Source: an uncultured delta proteobacterium
GTDB taxonomy: Bacteria; Desulfobacterota; Binatia; Binatales; Binataceae
Assembly (NCBI GenBank): GCA_963733715.1
Contig: CAVTEN010000004.1
Coordinates: 75,109-139,108, forward strand
Length of the DNA: 64,000 bases
Reading direction: 5' to 3'
Part shown: positions 10,178-19,426 of the stretch, piece by piece
How the letters are laid out: each line of letters opens with the position of its first letter
Numbering within the stretch: the first letter of the stretch is position 1
Notes under the pieces: generated by a model
Seen by the model: the letters and a program-made list of their open reading frames with translations, nothing else
Database searches by the model: none
Told to the model about the DNA's origin: nothing
Position numbers and translations under genes: made by a program

Positions 10178-10738
10178 ATGATGCTGGCTGGATTGATCTA
10201 CTGGCTGTCTCCGGCGCGCCGGCGGTTTATGCGGCGGCTGGCGAAGCCCGGACTCGACGCGACGCGCGCACGGCTGGCCGAGGCGGGCTCGCCGCGCGCG
10301 GTCCAGTTTATCTCGACGCTTCTCGACGCCAACGCCGACTTCCTTGCCTATGCGCTTTCGCCGAAAGGTCCCCTTCATATGTATTGCGATCGTGCGACGC
10401 CGGAGACGGTGGCGGCGTGTATCGCCACGATGCTGATCTACTCGGTGAATCTGTTCGCGCGCGACGAGATGACGAACAATGAGAGCGAGATGATACCGCT
10501 GCTGGCGCATCTGGCGGGCGTCAAACCGATGCAGGTAATGCTGCGGCGCGACGCGTTGCGCAAGGCGCCGCGTTCCGAGGAGTGGATGGTGCTGACGTGG
10601 CTCGCGAAGGACCTGGGCGCCGATCCGCCGAAGTACGACGCCGAGCTTGAGCGCGCCTTCGGATACAACTATTTGTCGTACATCGATCAGTACCGGCCGA
10701 CGCTCGAGCGCGAGATGGCCGCGGCGGACACAGCCTGA
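10178..10738 (+). CDS. Hypothetical protein
   Basis: ORF 10070..10738. ATG at 10178 (MMLAGLIYWLSP) is preferred because upstream codons overlap the erpA end. GC3-rich coding-like frame; no family recognised. Confidence 0.5.
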   Translation: MMLAGLIYWLSPARRRFMRRLAKPGLDATRARLAEAGSPRAVQFISTLLDANADFLAYALSPKGPLHMYCDRATPETVAACIATMLIYSVNLFARDEMTNNESEMIPLLAHLAGVKPMQVMLRRDALRKAPRSEEWMVLTWLAKDLGADPPKYDAELERAFGYNYLSYIDQYRPTLEREMAAADTA

Positions 10739-10754
10739 GGTTCAGGAGCTCAAG

Positions 10755-11501
10755 ATGAAAGACTTCGAAGGGCGCGGAATCATCGTGACCGGCGCGACGC
10801 GCGGAATCGGGCGGGCGATCGCGATGGAAGTCGCGCGGCGCGGCGCCAACGTGTCGTTCAACTACGTCAAGAGCGATCAGCAGGCGGCCGAGCTGAAAAA
10901 CGAAATCGAAAAGCTCGGCGTGAAGGCGCTCGCGTACAAGGTCGATGTCGGCGATCTCAAGAGCGTGCGCGAGATGGTCAACGCGACCAAGAAGGAATTC
11001 GGGCAAATCGACGGGCTGGTCAACAATGCCGGCATGACGCGCGACAAAGTGTTCGTGATGATGTCGGAAGAGGACTGGAACGAGGTTATCCGCGTCAATC
11101 TGACCGGTGCGTTTAATTTCGCGCGCGCGGCGGCGTTCATGATGATGAAAGCGAAGCGCGGATCGATCCTCAATATCACTTCGGTCAGCGGTCTTATCGG
11201 GCTGCCGGGTCAGGCTAACTATTCGGCGGCCAAGGCGGGACTGATAGGACTGACGAAATCGGTAGCGAAGGAAGTAGGGCGGCTTGGCGTTCGCGTCAAC
11301 GCGTTGGCATTGGGATTCATCGAGACCGACATGACCGCATCGCTGCCCGAGGAGAATCGCGCACAAGCGCTGGCGATGATCCCGCTCGGACGCTTCGGCA
11401 AAGTCGAAGACGTAGTGCCGACGGCCGCATTCCTGCTGAGCGACGCCGCGTCGTACATCACCGGCGCAGTGATCCAGGTGGACGGCGGCCTCGCGATGTA
11501 G
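10755..11501 (+). CDS. fabG: 3-oxoacyl-ACP reductase-like SDR
   Basis: ATG 10755. TGATRGIGRAIA, NNAGMTRD, SVSGLIGLPGQANYSAAKAG, GAVIQVDGGLAM. Confidence 0.85.
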   Translation: MKDFEGRGIIVTGATRGIGRAIAMEVARRGANVSFNYVKSDQQAAELKNEIEKLGVKALAYKVDVGDLKSVREMVNATKKEFGQIDGLVNNAGMTRDKVFVMMSEEDWNEVIRVNLTGAFNFARAAAFMMMKAKRGSILNITSVSGLIGLPGQANYSAAKAGLIGLTKSVAKEVGRLGVRVNALALGFIETDMTASLPEENRAQALAMIPLGRFGKVEDVVPTAAFLLSDAASYITGAVIQVDGGLAM

Positions 11502-11516
11502 GCGGAACGAATCTTA

Positions 11517-11569
11517 GTGAAACCCGCGGTGGGTTTCACGCTTCCTTCGGCAGGGCTAAGCCCTGCACC
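11517..11569 (+). repeat. Family A double-hairpin repeat, copy 1
   Basis: GTGAAACCCGCGGTGGGTTTCAC-GCTTCCTTCGG-CAGGGCTAAGCCCTGCACC, 16 nt after the fabG stop. Copies at 58683 (same orientation) and at 15806 and 60265 (inverted). Confidence 0.85.
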
Positions 11570-11709
11570 TTAGAATTAAAACAAACCGCTGATAGGCTCC
11601 TAACTGGAGGCACTTGCACCAAGTGTAAACCGTCGCGCCGCAGGAATGGTTGCGGCGAGCCTTGCCGATGCGGGTTGCGGCGGTTTCGGGTTGGTGCGAG
11701 CCTGACGGG

Positions 11710-12222
11710 ATGAAGAGACTGCTGTTAATTCCGACCGTGTTGCTGGCGGGATGCCTCGCGTCGGGGATTATGGAATCGGAGGGTGGTGGGAATTCGTCGC
11801 GATTCGATCCGGCGCAGCGGCTGAGTCCGACGGCGTTCGAGCAGAATGCCACCATGAAGGACACGTCCGTGCACGAAGATCCGACTCTGCTGCGCGCGGG
11901 CGTATCGCGCAGTCAAATCGCTGACGCGTTCGGCGCGCCGAATGAGACCAGTAACCAGGGAGGCTTGGTGCAGGACGTGTACGAGTTCAATCCCGACGGT
12001 TCGAAATTCGTAAAGCCGAGAGTTTATGCGCGCAACATCGCAGCCGGCGTCTTCACCGGCGGCATCGCGACTGTCGTGCATCAGGCGAGGATTCATCATA
12101 CGGAGGAACAGCTTACGGTGTATCGGCTGACATATGGGCCGGATGGGACTGTGCAGTCGGTGCAGAAAGAATCGCGGCAGCAAGAGCAGGAAGTCGGGGA
12201 ACAATCGGAACCTAATCCCTAA
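11710..12222 (+). CDS. Putative lipoprotein
   Basis: ATG 11710 gives MKRLLLIPTVLLAGC (lipobox LAGC). No family recognised. Confidence 0.6.
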   Translation: MKRLLLIPTVLLAGCLASGIMESEGGGNSSRFDPAQRLSPTAFEQNATMKDTSVHEDPTLLRAGVSRSQIADAFGAPNETSNQGGLVQDVYEFNPDGSKFVKPRVYARNIAAGVFTGGIATVVHQARIHHTEEQLTVYRLTYGPDGTVQSVQKESRQQEQEVGEQSEPNP

Positions 12223-12240
12223 CTCTTTCACTTTTTTAAT

Positions 12241-12274
12241 CCGGTTCCCCTTCCCACCTGGGAAGGGGAACCAG
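12241..12274 (+). repeat. Family B palindrome, short form
   Basis: CCGGTTCCCCTTCCCACCTGGGAAGGGGAACCAG is a perfect extended palindrome. It lacks the TTAGGGG tail. Confidence 0.8.
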
Positions 12275-12293
12275 ATTTATAAGAGATCGCGCG

Positions 12294-14367
12294 TCAATGG
12301 CTCCAGGAGCGGGCGCAGCTTAGGATGTCGATTTGCGTGCCGCTTTCTATTGCTTGGTATTTTTCCAGGAAACTGTAGTCGATTTGCTTGAGGGCCGGGG
12401 GCTCGCGGCGGCGCCATCGATTGCATGCGGCGGGGCCGCCGTTGTAGCCGGCGTATGTCGAACGCGCCAGATGGCTCGAGATCAGTACGGGATCATATTT
12501 CGGTTGTGTGATGGCAGCGAACTGCATCATGCGCGCGAGAATCTCGGATCCCGCGCCCGCATTGTAGAGCACGTCCCACTTCAGGCGATCGATGTCGTAA
12601 AACCCGCGCCAGACGTGCTTGTTCACCTGCATCAGGCCGATGTCGCCGGTGGCGGATTCGAGCCATCGGACGCGATCGCCGACCATCACGAATTGCCGCC
12701 AGCAGCTTTCCTGCCACGCGGTGGCGAGCACCAGCGTTATGTAGGTGCGGCCGTTGTCGGTGTCGAGAGCGTTCATGCCGGATGCTATCTGGCTGAGTTG
12801 GTAAGCGGCGCTGAGATTGAGCAGCAGGGCCATGTCGTGGTGATAGGCGTCGGCATTTTCTTCGTTTATGACGAGGCGGTAGAGGCGGTCGGCAACATCT
12901 TGAAGGCGGGTAATCTGCAGGCCTCCGCTGTCTTCGGAGGCGTCGGCCTCGCAGGGGGTAAAGAAGCGCAGGAACCTAACCCCTAACCCCGAGACACCAG
13001 AACCCTCACCTACCTCGCTCCGCGAGGCCGCCTCTCCCATAAAATAACGGGCGAGGGAATTTCGGAACAATCGCGCGCTGGGGCCAACCTTCGACGGAGG
13101 CGCTGGATTTGGGGGGCTTGCGGGCGCGCTGGAGTCGGAGGGCGGTATGCTCTCTTCTTCGATCGGGCGACGGCTCTTGGGCGGTTCGGGAACCGCGAAG
13201 AGTTTTTTCATCTCGGGATCTTCGCGGTAGTTGAATTGAAGTGGGTCGCCGGTCGCCCCAGGCGCCATGATGTGCGCGAGGTGGCGCAGGTCGGCCGCCG
13301 AGATGCGCATCCCGAGCGCGGGCGCGGCCTGATCGAGCGCAAACAGCGCATCGCCGGCCGAGATGAACGACATGAATTCGAGCGCGTGCGCACCGAGCAT
13401 CCCGCGCCGTGCCGCAGCGCGGACCGCGTCGTGCAACTGCGTCCATTCATCGAGAAACAAAAGGCGAACCGGATCGGGTCCACCCGCCGCCGACGGATTG
13501 TTCAGCGCCTGGACCAGGCGATAGCGGCTGTCGAGCAGGATTTGCAGCAACTGGTCGCGGAACTGCTGGTCGCCGACCGCGCCGCCCAGATGCTTGATCG
13601 AGAAAGCCAGAAACGCGTCCCATTGATCGAGCGTGTCCTGAAAGGCTTTCAGTTCCGCCGGCGTGGGCGAAGACGCGGCGCCCGGATTTATGCCTGCAGC
13701 AGGAACGTCGGGGACAGTCATCACGAGTGTGACGCGGACACCGTCGTCGAGCGCGACGATGTTCGGCTCGGCGGTGAGACTTGAAATTGCCGCGCGCACG
13801 CGGTCGGCGGCGTCCGGCGCGAATCGAGTCGGAGACCATCGCGGCCATTTGTTTGACCGAGGGATTGAGGTCGTAAGAAAAATCGTTGAGCCGCGGAATC
13901 AGATCACCTTTAATCAGGTCGAAGCCCTGGCTGACCATCTCCGTTTTCTGATGCGCGGAGTCGAAGATATTCAAATCCGTGAAATGAAACTTGAGCTGAA
14001 GGCCGGGCGCGATGTACGGGACGCCGAGCGCCTGCACGATGCCGCTCCACTGGACGGCATTGAGACATTGCGAGCCCATCGAGACGCCGAGCCCGAGACT
14101 GTTCGCCGTTTCCAGTTGCACGGTCGCAGCGCCGCCGGTAGTCGCGCGCGAGAACTGGGGATTTTCGGCGTAGAGAAACTGGCAGTCGTCGACGCCGTTC
14201 CAAAGTTGGGCGCGTCCGCCGGGGCCGGTGTAGAGTTTGTGCTTAAGCGCCTCGCGCAGCGTGATGTAGTCGATGGTCAGCGGAATGCGAACCTGCGACG
14301 CGCGCGCGCGATCGGCGGGGGCGAGCAAGACAATGCTCGCGACCGTCAGGATTATCCACAGCCTCAT
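12294..14367 (-). pseudogene. Secreted protein with C-terminal lytic transglycosylase (SLT) domain, frame broken as assembled
   Basis: N-part from ATG 14365-14367 (MRLWIILTVASIVLLAPADRARA signal) runs to ..SVKQMAAMVSDS. It continues in the frame of ORF 12294..13799 (RFAPDAADRVRAAISSL..). SLT motifs ATAWQESCWRQF, GDIGLMQVN, YNAGAG. The shift lies around 13800-13840. Confidence 0.7.
12975..13062. repeat. Family B/C repeat module lying in-frame inside the SLT-protein ORF
   Basis: CCTAACCCCTAACCCC + CCAGAACCCTCACCTACCTCGCTCCGCGAGGCCGCCTCTCCCATAAAATAACGGGCGAGGGAATT. Same module as the intergenic copy at 15581. Here it is translated as ..LARYFMGEAASRSEVGEGSGVSGLGVRFL.. Confidence 0.75.
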
Positions 14368-14588
14368 TGTTGATCGCTTATTTTGATCGAGGCAGGGAAG
14401 TCGCGCGATGCGATAGAATTCGTCAAGGATATTCATGAATTTGTGGTTTTGGTTACTGGAGAGACTCGACTGCGCACGCACTGCTGTCACGAGTCAACTA
14501 TTATGGCAACTGCGTCTCTACTTGTAAGCGATACGATGGCTCATAATAATCAAATAAGAACAATCACCGGAAATTTTGGGTAAGCCGG

Positions 14589-15104
14589 ATGAGTACAGAA
14601 CGCCAGGCAGACTTTTACGAGGCCGAACCGCCGCAGGCGTCGCGCGAACTGGCCAAGCTGCGCGCCTCCGCCGGCTATCTCGCGCCGTTCGAGATCGTGC
14701 GGCGGCGAGTGATCGACGACGTGTACGACGGCAAGATGACCGTCGACGCGACTCTGATCATCAGGATCGGGGACGTCGAGGAAACCGAGGCCGCTTCGGG
14801 CGTCGGCGTCCTGCACGCGCTCGACGTGGCGCTGCGCAAAGCGCTGTTGAAATATTTTCCGTACCTCGAGCCGGTCAAAGTAATCGAAACTTATCAGCAT
14901 GCGACCGGCGCTTCGACCGAGGCCGACGTCGTGTCGGTGAAAAAGTTTGCCGACGGTGACCTGGTGTGGACGACGCTGGCCAAGTCGTCGAACACGATCG
15001 AGTCGGCATGGGTGTCGCTGCTCGACGGTTACGAATGGCGGATTATCCAGGAGAACGCGCGGCTGCGCCGGATAAACGCGAATCCAAGGTGGTCGAAGCG
15101 CTGA
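14589..15104 (+). CDS. Stand-alone LeuA/CimA C-terminal regulatory (LeuA_dimer-like) domain protein
   Basis: 171 aa. ..EAASGVGVLHALDVALRKALLKYFPYLEPVKVIETYQHATGASTEADVVSVKKFADGDLVWTTLAKSSNTIESAWVSLLDGYEWRI resembles the citramalate/isopropylmalate synthase C-terminal domain. No catalytic TIM-barrel domain upstream. Confidence 0.5.
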   Translation: MSTERQADFYEAEPPQASRELAKLRASAGYLAPFEIVRRRVIDDVYDGKMTVDATLIIRIGDVEETEAASGVGVLHALDVALRKALLKYFPYLEPVKVIETYQHATGASTEADVVSVKKFADGDLVWTTLAKSSNTIESAWVSLLDGYEWRIIQENARLRRINANPRWSKR

Positions 15105-15117
15105 CGCGGACGGGCAA

Positions 15118-15528
15118 GTGACGGTAGGGAAGGCGTCGGCGGGCAAGCTCGCGATTCTGTACGACGGCTCATGCGAGATGTGCCGGGCGAGTCTCGACGG
15201 AATCCGGCAATTCGACAATTCGGGGAACATGGAGCCGCTCGATCTTCATGACGAAGAAGTGCGCGCGAAGTTTCCTGAATTAAAGATGGAGAACCTGCTC
15301 GAAGAATTGCACGCGGTGGACGATGACGGCCGTGTGTATCGCGGCGCGCGGGCGATCAACGAAATTCTGCGCCGTCAGCACGGACTCAAGGGCTACCTCG
15401 CCTACCTGTGGTACATCCCCGGCTACGCGTGGCTCGCGGACCGCCAGTACAAGCGAATCGCAGCCTCAAGGTATCAGCGCGACGATCGCGGCCGGTTGAA
15501 AGTACAAGGGCATGCGGTCAAGCAGTAG
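15118..15528 (+). CDS. DCC-family thiol-disulfide oxidoreductase (DUF393)
   Basis: LAILYDGSCEMCRASLDGIRQFD .. ADRQYKRIAASRY. GTG start. Confidence 0.7.
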   Translation: MTVGKASAGKLAILYDGSCEMCRASLDGIRQFDNSGNMEPLDLHDEEVRAKFPELKMENLLEELHAVDDDGRVYRGARAINEILRRQHGLKGYLAYLWYIPGYAWLADRQYKRIAASRYQRDDRGRLKVQGHAVKQ

Positions 15529-15580
15529 CAGGTCCGGAGCCGGAGCCCAGACACCGACGTTGCCGGCATACAGCTTGAGC

Positions 15581-15700
15581 CCAGAACCCTCACCTACCGG
15601 CGGCTGCGCCCGCCGGCGCCTCTCCCGTAAAGTCCGCCCTCACCCGCTCCTTCGGCGCGGCCTCTCCCGCAACTAAGCGGGCGAGGCGGGTACGAGGTGG
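15581..15700. repeat. Tandem family C half-elements (CCCTCACC..GCCTCTCCC..GGGCGAGG)
   Basis: Two consecutive units share CCCTCACC, CCTCTCCC and GCGGGCGAGG blocks. ORF 15590..15865 (-) is an artefact of these repeats. Confidence 0.7.
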
Positions 15701-15805
15701 CGCGGAACGCAACACCCTAACCCGGGCGAGGTAACCTTCGCTCCGCTCAGGATCCACACAAAAAAAGTTCTCACAGGCCGTCAGGCCGCATCTTCTCTTT
15801 TTACT

Positions 15806-15859
15806 GGGTGCAGGGGTCACCCCTGCCGAAGGAAGCGTGAAACCCACCGCGGGTTTCAC
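15806..15859 (-). repeat. Family A double-hairpin repeat, copy 2 (inverted)
   Basis: GGGTGCAGGGGTCACCCCTGCCGAAGGAAGCGTGAAACCCACCGCGGGTTTCAC is the reverse complement of the copy-1 layout. Confidence 0.85.
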
Positions 15860-15940
15860 ATTCAATTAAGTGATTTCCCCTTCCCTCTCCCGCGCCTTGT
15901 CCGAGTCAGCGAGCGCACGCTAAGCTTGACGCGCGCACTC

Positions 15941-17369
15941 GTGAAACCATTCTACATTTTCAATTCGCTGAATCGTGCGGTCGAGGAATTCCAGCCGCTC
16001 AACCCTCCCGAAGTGACGCTGTATTCATGCGGCCCGACCGTCTACCTGCCGCAGCATCTCGGGAATCTGCGCGCGTACGTGTTTGTCGACAGTATCCGCC
16101 GGGCGCTCGAGTTCAACGGTTACAAAGTGCGGCACGTGATGAACGTGACGGATGTCGGGCACATGACGAGCGACGAGGACGCTGGCGAAGATAAGATCGA
16201 GAAAACCGCGCGCGCGCAGGGCAAATCGCCGCTCGAGGTCGCTAACTACTATCTCGAGCAGTTCCAGCGCGATTGCGCCGCGCTCGAATCTCGAGCCGCC
16301 GCAGACCTGGTCGCGCGCGACCGACCATATCGGCGATATGATCGCGCTCACAAAAAGAATCATCGACGCCGGCGTTGCGTACGTAACGAAGAGCGGCGTG
16401 TACTTCGACGTCGAGCGCTACCGCGGAGAGAATCGTCTCGGCAGGCTCTCGCGCCAGAGTCTCGACGAGCAGAACGCCGCGCAACGCCTCGAGCATTCTG
16501 CCGACAAGCGCAGCCCGCACGATTTTACGCTGTGGGTGCTCGGCCAGCCCGACCACCTGATGCAATGGGACAGTCCGTGGGGGCGCGGTTATCCGGGATG
16601 GCATATCGAGTGCTCCGCGATGGCGATGAAGTATCTCGGCGAGACTATCGACATCCACACCGGCGGCATCGATCACATCCCGGTGCATCACGAGAACGAA
16701 ATCGCGCAGTCGGAAAGCGCGACGCACAAACCGTTCGCGCGGTACTTCGTGCATAACGCGTTTCTGGTCGGGAAAGAGGGGACCAAGATCAGCAAGAGCG
16801 CGGGCAAGTTTCCGCTGCTGAGCGATCTCGGAGCGGCGGGAATCGATCCGCTGGCGTTCCGGATTTTCTGCTACGGCGCGAAGTATCGATCCGAGATTGC
16901 CTTCAACGACGATGCGATCCGCGCATCGCAGAACAATCTGGATTATTTTCGTGAGTTCGCGCGCAGCGTGCCCGACGAGGCGGCTGCCAATGGCGTCGAG
17001 GCGGCTGGCTGGGCGGCCGAATACTACGAGCGCTTTCACGAGGCTATCAACAATGATCTGAATACGCCGCAAGCTCTGGCGGTGGCGCTCGAACTGGTCG
17101 CGGAAGCATACCGGCGCAAGGATTTTCGCGCATGGCCGACCCTGCTCGCGCTCGACACGGTGCTGGGCCTCGACCTGCGAAGGCATCGCGAGGCGGCGCA
17201 TGCGAGCACTATCGAAGCGGACGTGCAGCAATTGATCGAAAATCGAGCTGCAGCGCGCAAGGCGAAGGACTTCAGCACCGCCGACGAGCTGCGCAAGGAA
17301 ATCGAGCGCCGCGGCTACGAGGTCAAGGATAATCGCGACGGCACCGCTACCTATCAACGCCGAACCTGA
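15941..17369 (+). pseudogene. cysS: Cysteine--tRNA ligase, frame broken as assembled
   Basis: VKPFYIFNSLNRAVEEF..LYSCGPTVYLPQHLGNLR..KVRHVMNVTDVGH.. reads to ..QRDCAAL. The next frame then gives NLEPPQTWSRATDHIGDMIALTKRII..GWHIECSAM..KISKSAGKF. A single-nt shift sits near 16287 (gcgctc g aatctc). Alternative TTG start at 15926. Confidence 0.88.
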
Positions 17370-17449
17370 GCGGTGATTTAGGTTGAATGCTTGCGCGAAA
17401 GAATCTTAGAATCGCCCCTTGACGCATCAACTGTGCCCAGAAGGAACCG

Positions 17450-18316
17450 ATGGGGATTGAGTTAAAGAAATTCGACACCAGGCTGCAGGCTGAAGGGCCC
17501 GAGGTAAAGCATCTCGATCCCGCCGCGGCACCGTTTTACCTGCCGATTGGCGACGAAGTGGAAATCTTCACCGCCGCTTACAAAGCGCGACTGCCGCTGC
17601 TGCTCAAGGGTCCCACCGGATGCGGCAAGACGCGCTTCGTCGAGCACATGGCGCATCAACTGTCGTCGCTCGCCAACGGCCCCAATGAGTTGATCACAGT
17701 TGCCTGTCACGAGGATCTCACCGGCAGCGACCTGGTCGGACGTTTTCTGATCCAGGCCGACGAGACGGTGTGGGTTGACGGTCCGCTGACGCAGGCCGTG
17801 CGCCGCGGCGCGATTTGCTACCTCGACGAAGTGGTCGAGGCGCGCAAGGACACGACCGTGCTGATACATCCGCTGTCGGATCATCGGCGGATTCTGCCGA
17901 TCGAAAAACGCGGCGAGACGATCGAGGCGCACGAGGGATTTCTGCTGGTGATTTCGTACAATCCCGGCTACCAGAGCATCCAGAAAAATTTGAAGCATTC
18001 GACCCGCCAGCGCTTCGTGACGATCGAGTTCACCTATCCACCGGCGGATAAGGAAGTGGAGATTATCGCGCACGAGGCCGGCGTCGATCAGGATATCGCG
18101 CAGCAACTCGCGGTGCTGGGCGAGAAGGTGCGGCATCTGAAGGCGTCGGGATTGGAAGAAGGCGTCTCGACCCGACTGCTGATTTACGCCGGCGAGCTGA
18201 TCCGCCAGGGAATTGCGCCACGGCGCGCGGCGACCGTCGCCGTCACGTGGTCGCTCACCGACGAAGTGGACAGCAAGCGCGCGATCGACGAAGTGGTAAA
18301 AGCGATCTTTCCATAA
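17450..18316 (+). CDS. CbbQ/NirQ/NorQ-type MoxR AAA+ ATPase
   Basis: [19 protein letters not shown] (Walker A), [14 protein letters not shown] (Walker B), [22 protein letters not shown]. Confidence 0.85.
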   Translation: MGIELKKFDTRLQAEGPEVKHLDPAAAPFYLPIGDEVEIFTAAYKARLPLLLKGPTGCGKTRFVEHMAHQLSSLANGPNELITVACHEDLTGSDLVGRFLIQADETVWVDGPLTQAVRRGAICYLDEVVEARKDTTVLIHPLSDHRRILPIEKRGETIEAHEGFLLVISYNPGYQSIQKNLKHSTRQRFVTIEFTYPPADKEVEIIAHEAGVDQDIAQQLAVLGEKVRHLKASGLEEGVSTRLLIYAGELIRQGIAPRRAATVAVTWSLTDEVDSKRAIDEVVKAIFP

Positions 18317-18376
18317 GTTGCGGCAAGATTCGTGACCGACGCGAATAGTACCTACAACCTCAGAGAGGTCGCGTAA

Positions 18377-19402
18377 ATGAGAGTCTTCGCAAACTTCAAA
18401 GTGATTCTGGCTGCGGCGGCGATGCTCGCCGTTGGCGCATCCGCGATCGCGCAGGAACTGCAAGGGCTCCAGGCACAGTCAGGACCGCGGCTGGATTTTC
18501 CCGCCGGACTCGCGACCGACGGCCGCGCAGTTTACGTTGCGAACAGCCGCAACAATACGGTCGAAGCGATCGATTTGACGGCGAGATCGCTGCGAATCGT
18601 CGCGGGCAAGCTTTTCCAGGAAGGCAACAATGACGGCGTCGGCGATGCGGCGCGCTTCAACAGCCCTGACGGCATGACGATCAACGGGCAGGATCTTTAT
18701 CTCTGCGACACCAACAATTCCGACATCCGCAAGATCACCGTCAGTGGCACTGTCACCACGGTCGCGGGCACCGCGAATATCGGGGGCACCGATGACGGCA
18801 CCGGTACGGCGGCGCACTTCAACAACCCGACGCAGATCGCGAGTGACGGCACCTCGCTCTACGTGGCCGACAGCGGCAACAGCGCGATTCGGCGCATCAC
18901 GCTCGCCGACTTCAAGGTCATAACGATCGCGGGACAATCGGGCACGGCAGGTAAGACTGAGGGTGGTCCGAAGAAGTCGCTGCTCAGCGGCCCGCGCGGA
19001 GTCGCAGTGGATAAAAAAGCGATCTACGTGGCGGACACCGGCAACGACGTAATCCGCAAGATCGATATAAGCTCGCTCGAGACCAGCACGATTGCGGGCA
19101 CCGGCGAAGAAGGCGACAAGGACGGTCCCGCGCTACAGGCGCAATTCAACAATCCCGGCGCTGTATGCACCGACGGATCGTTTCTGTACATCCTCGACGC
19201 CGACAATCATTCGATTCGCAAGATGGATCTCAACGCCAACACCGTGACCAAGCTGACTCTCGTCAACGGCCATATCGGTTCCGGCTGCGCGCTCACCAGC
19301 GACGGCAAGCAGCTCTATTTTTCAGACACGACAGAAAACGCCGTCGAGGTTGTCGATACGACCAGCGGCAACGTCAGCCAGCTCTATCCGCCGGGGCAGT
19401 AG
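18377..19402 (+). CDS. Secreted NHL-repeat beta-propeller protein
   Basis: Signal peptide MRVFANFKVILAAAAMLAVGASAIA. Six repeats of the type F(N)xPxGxAxDGxxLYVADxxNxxIRKI. Confidence 0.8.
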   Translation: MRVFANFKVILAAAAMLAVGASAIAQELQGLQAQSGPRLDFPAGLATDGRAVYVANSRNNTVEAIDLTARSLRIVAGKLFQEGNNDGVGDAARFNSPDGMTINGQDLYLCDTNNSDIRKITVSGTVTTVAGTANIGGTDDGTGTAAHFNNPTQIASDGTSLYVADSGNSAIRRITLADFKVITIAGQSGTAGKTEGGPKKSLLSGPRGVAVDKKAIYVADTGNDVIRKIDISSLETSTIAGTGEEGDKDGPALQAQFNNPGAVCTDGSFLYILDADNHSIRKMDLNANTVTKLTLVNGHIGSGCALTSDGKQLYFSDTTENAVEVVDTTSGNVSQLYPPGQ

Positions 19403-19426
19403 GCCTCGCGCGACAGGCATCGCGTT

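Noticed and set aside
15590-15865. 91-aa minus-strand ORF between the DCC gene and cysS.
   Set aside because: It is composed entirely of family C and family A repeat sequence, so it is an artefact of repeat translation.
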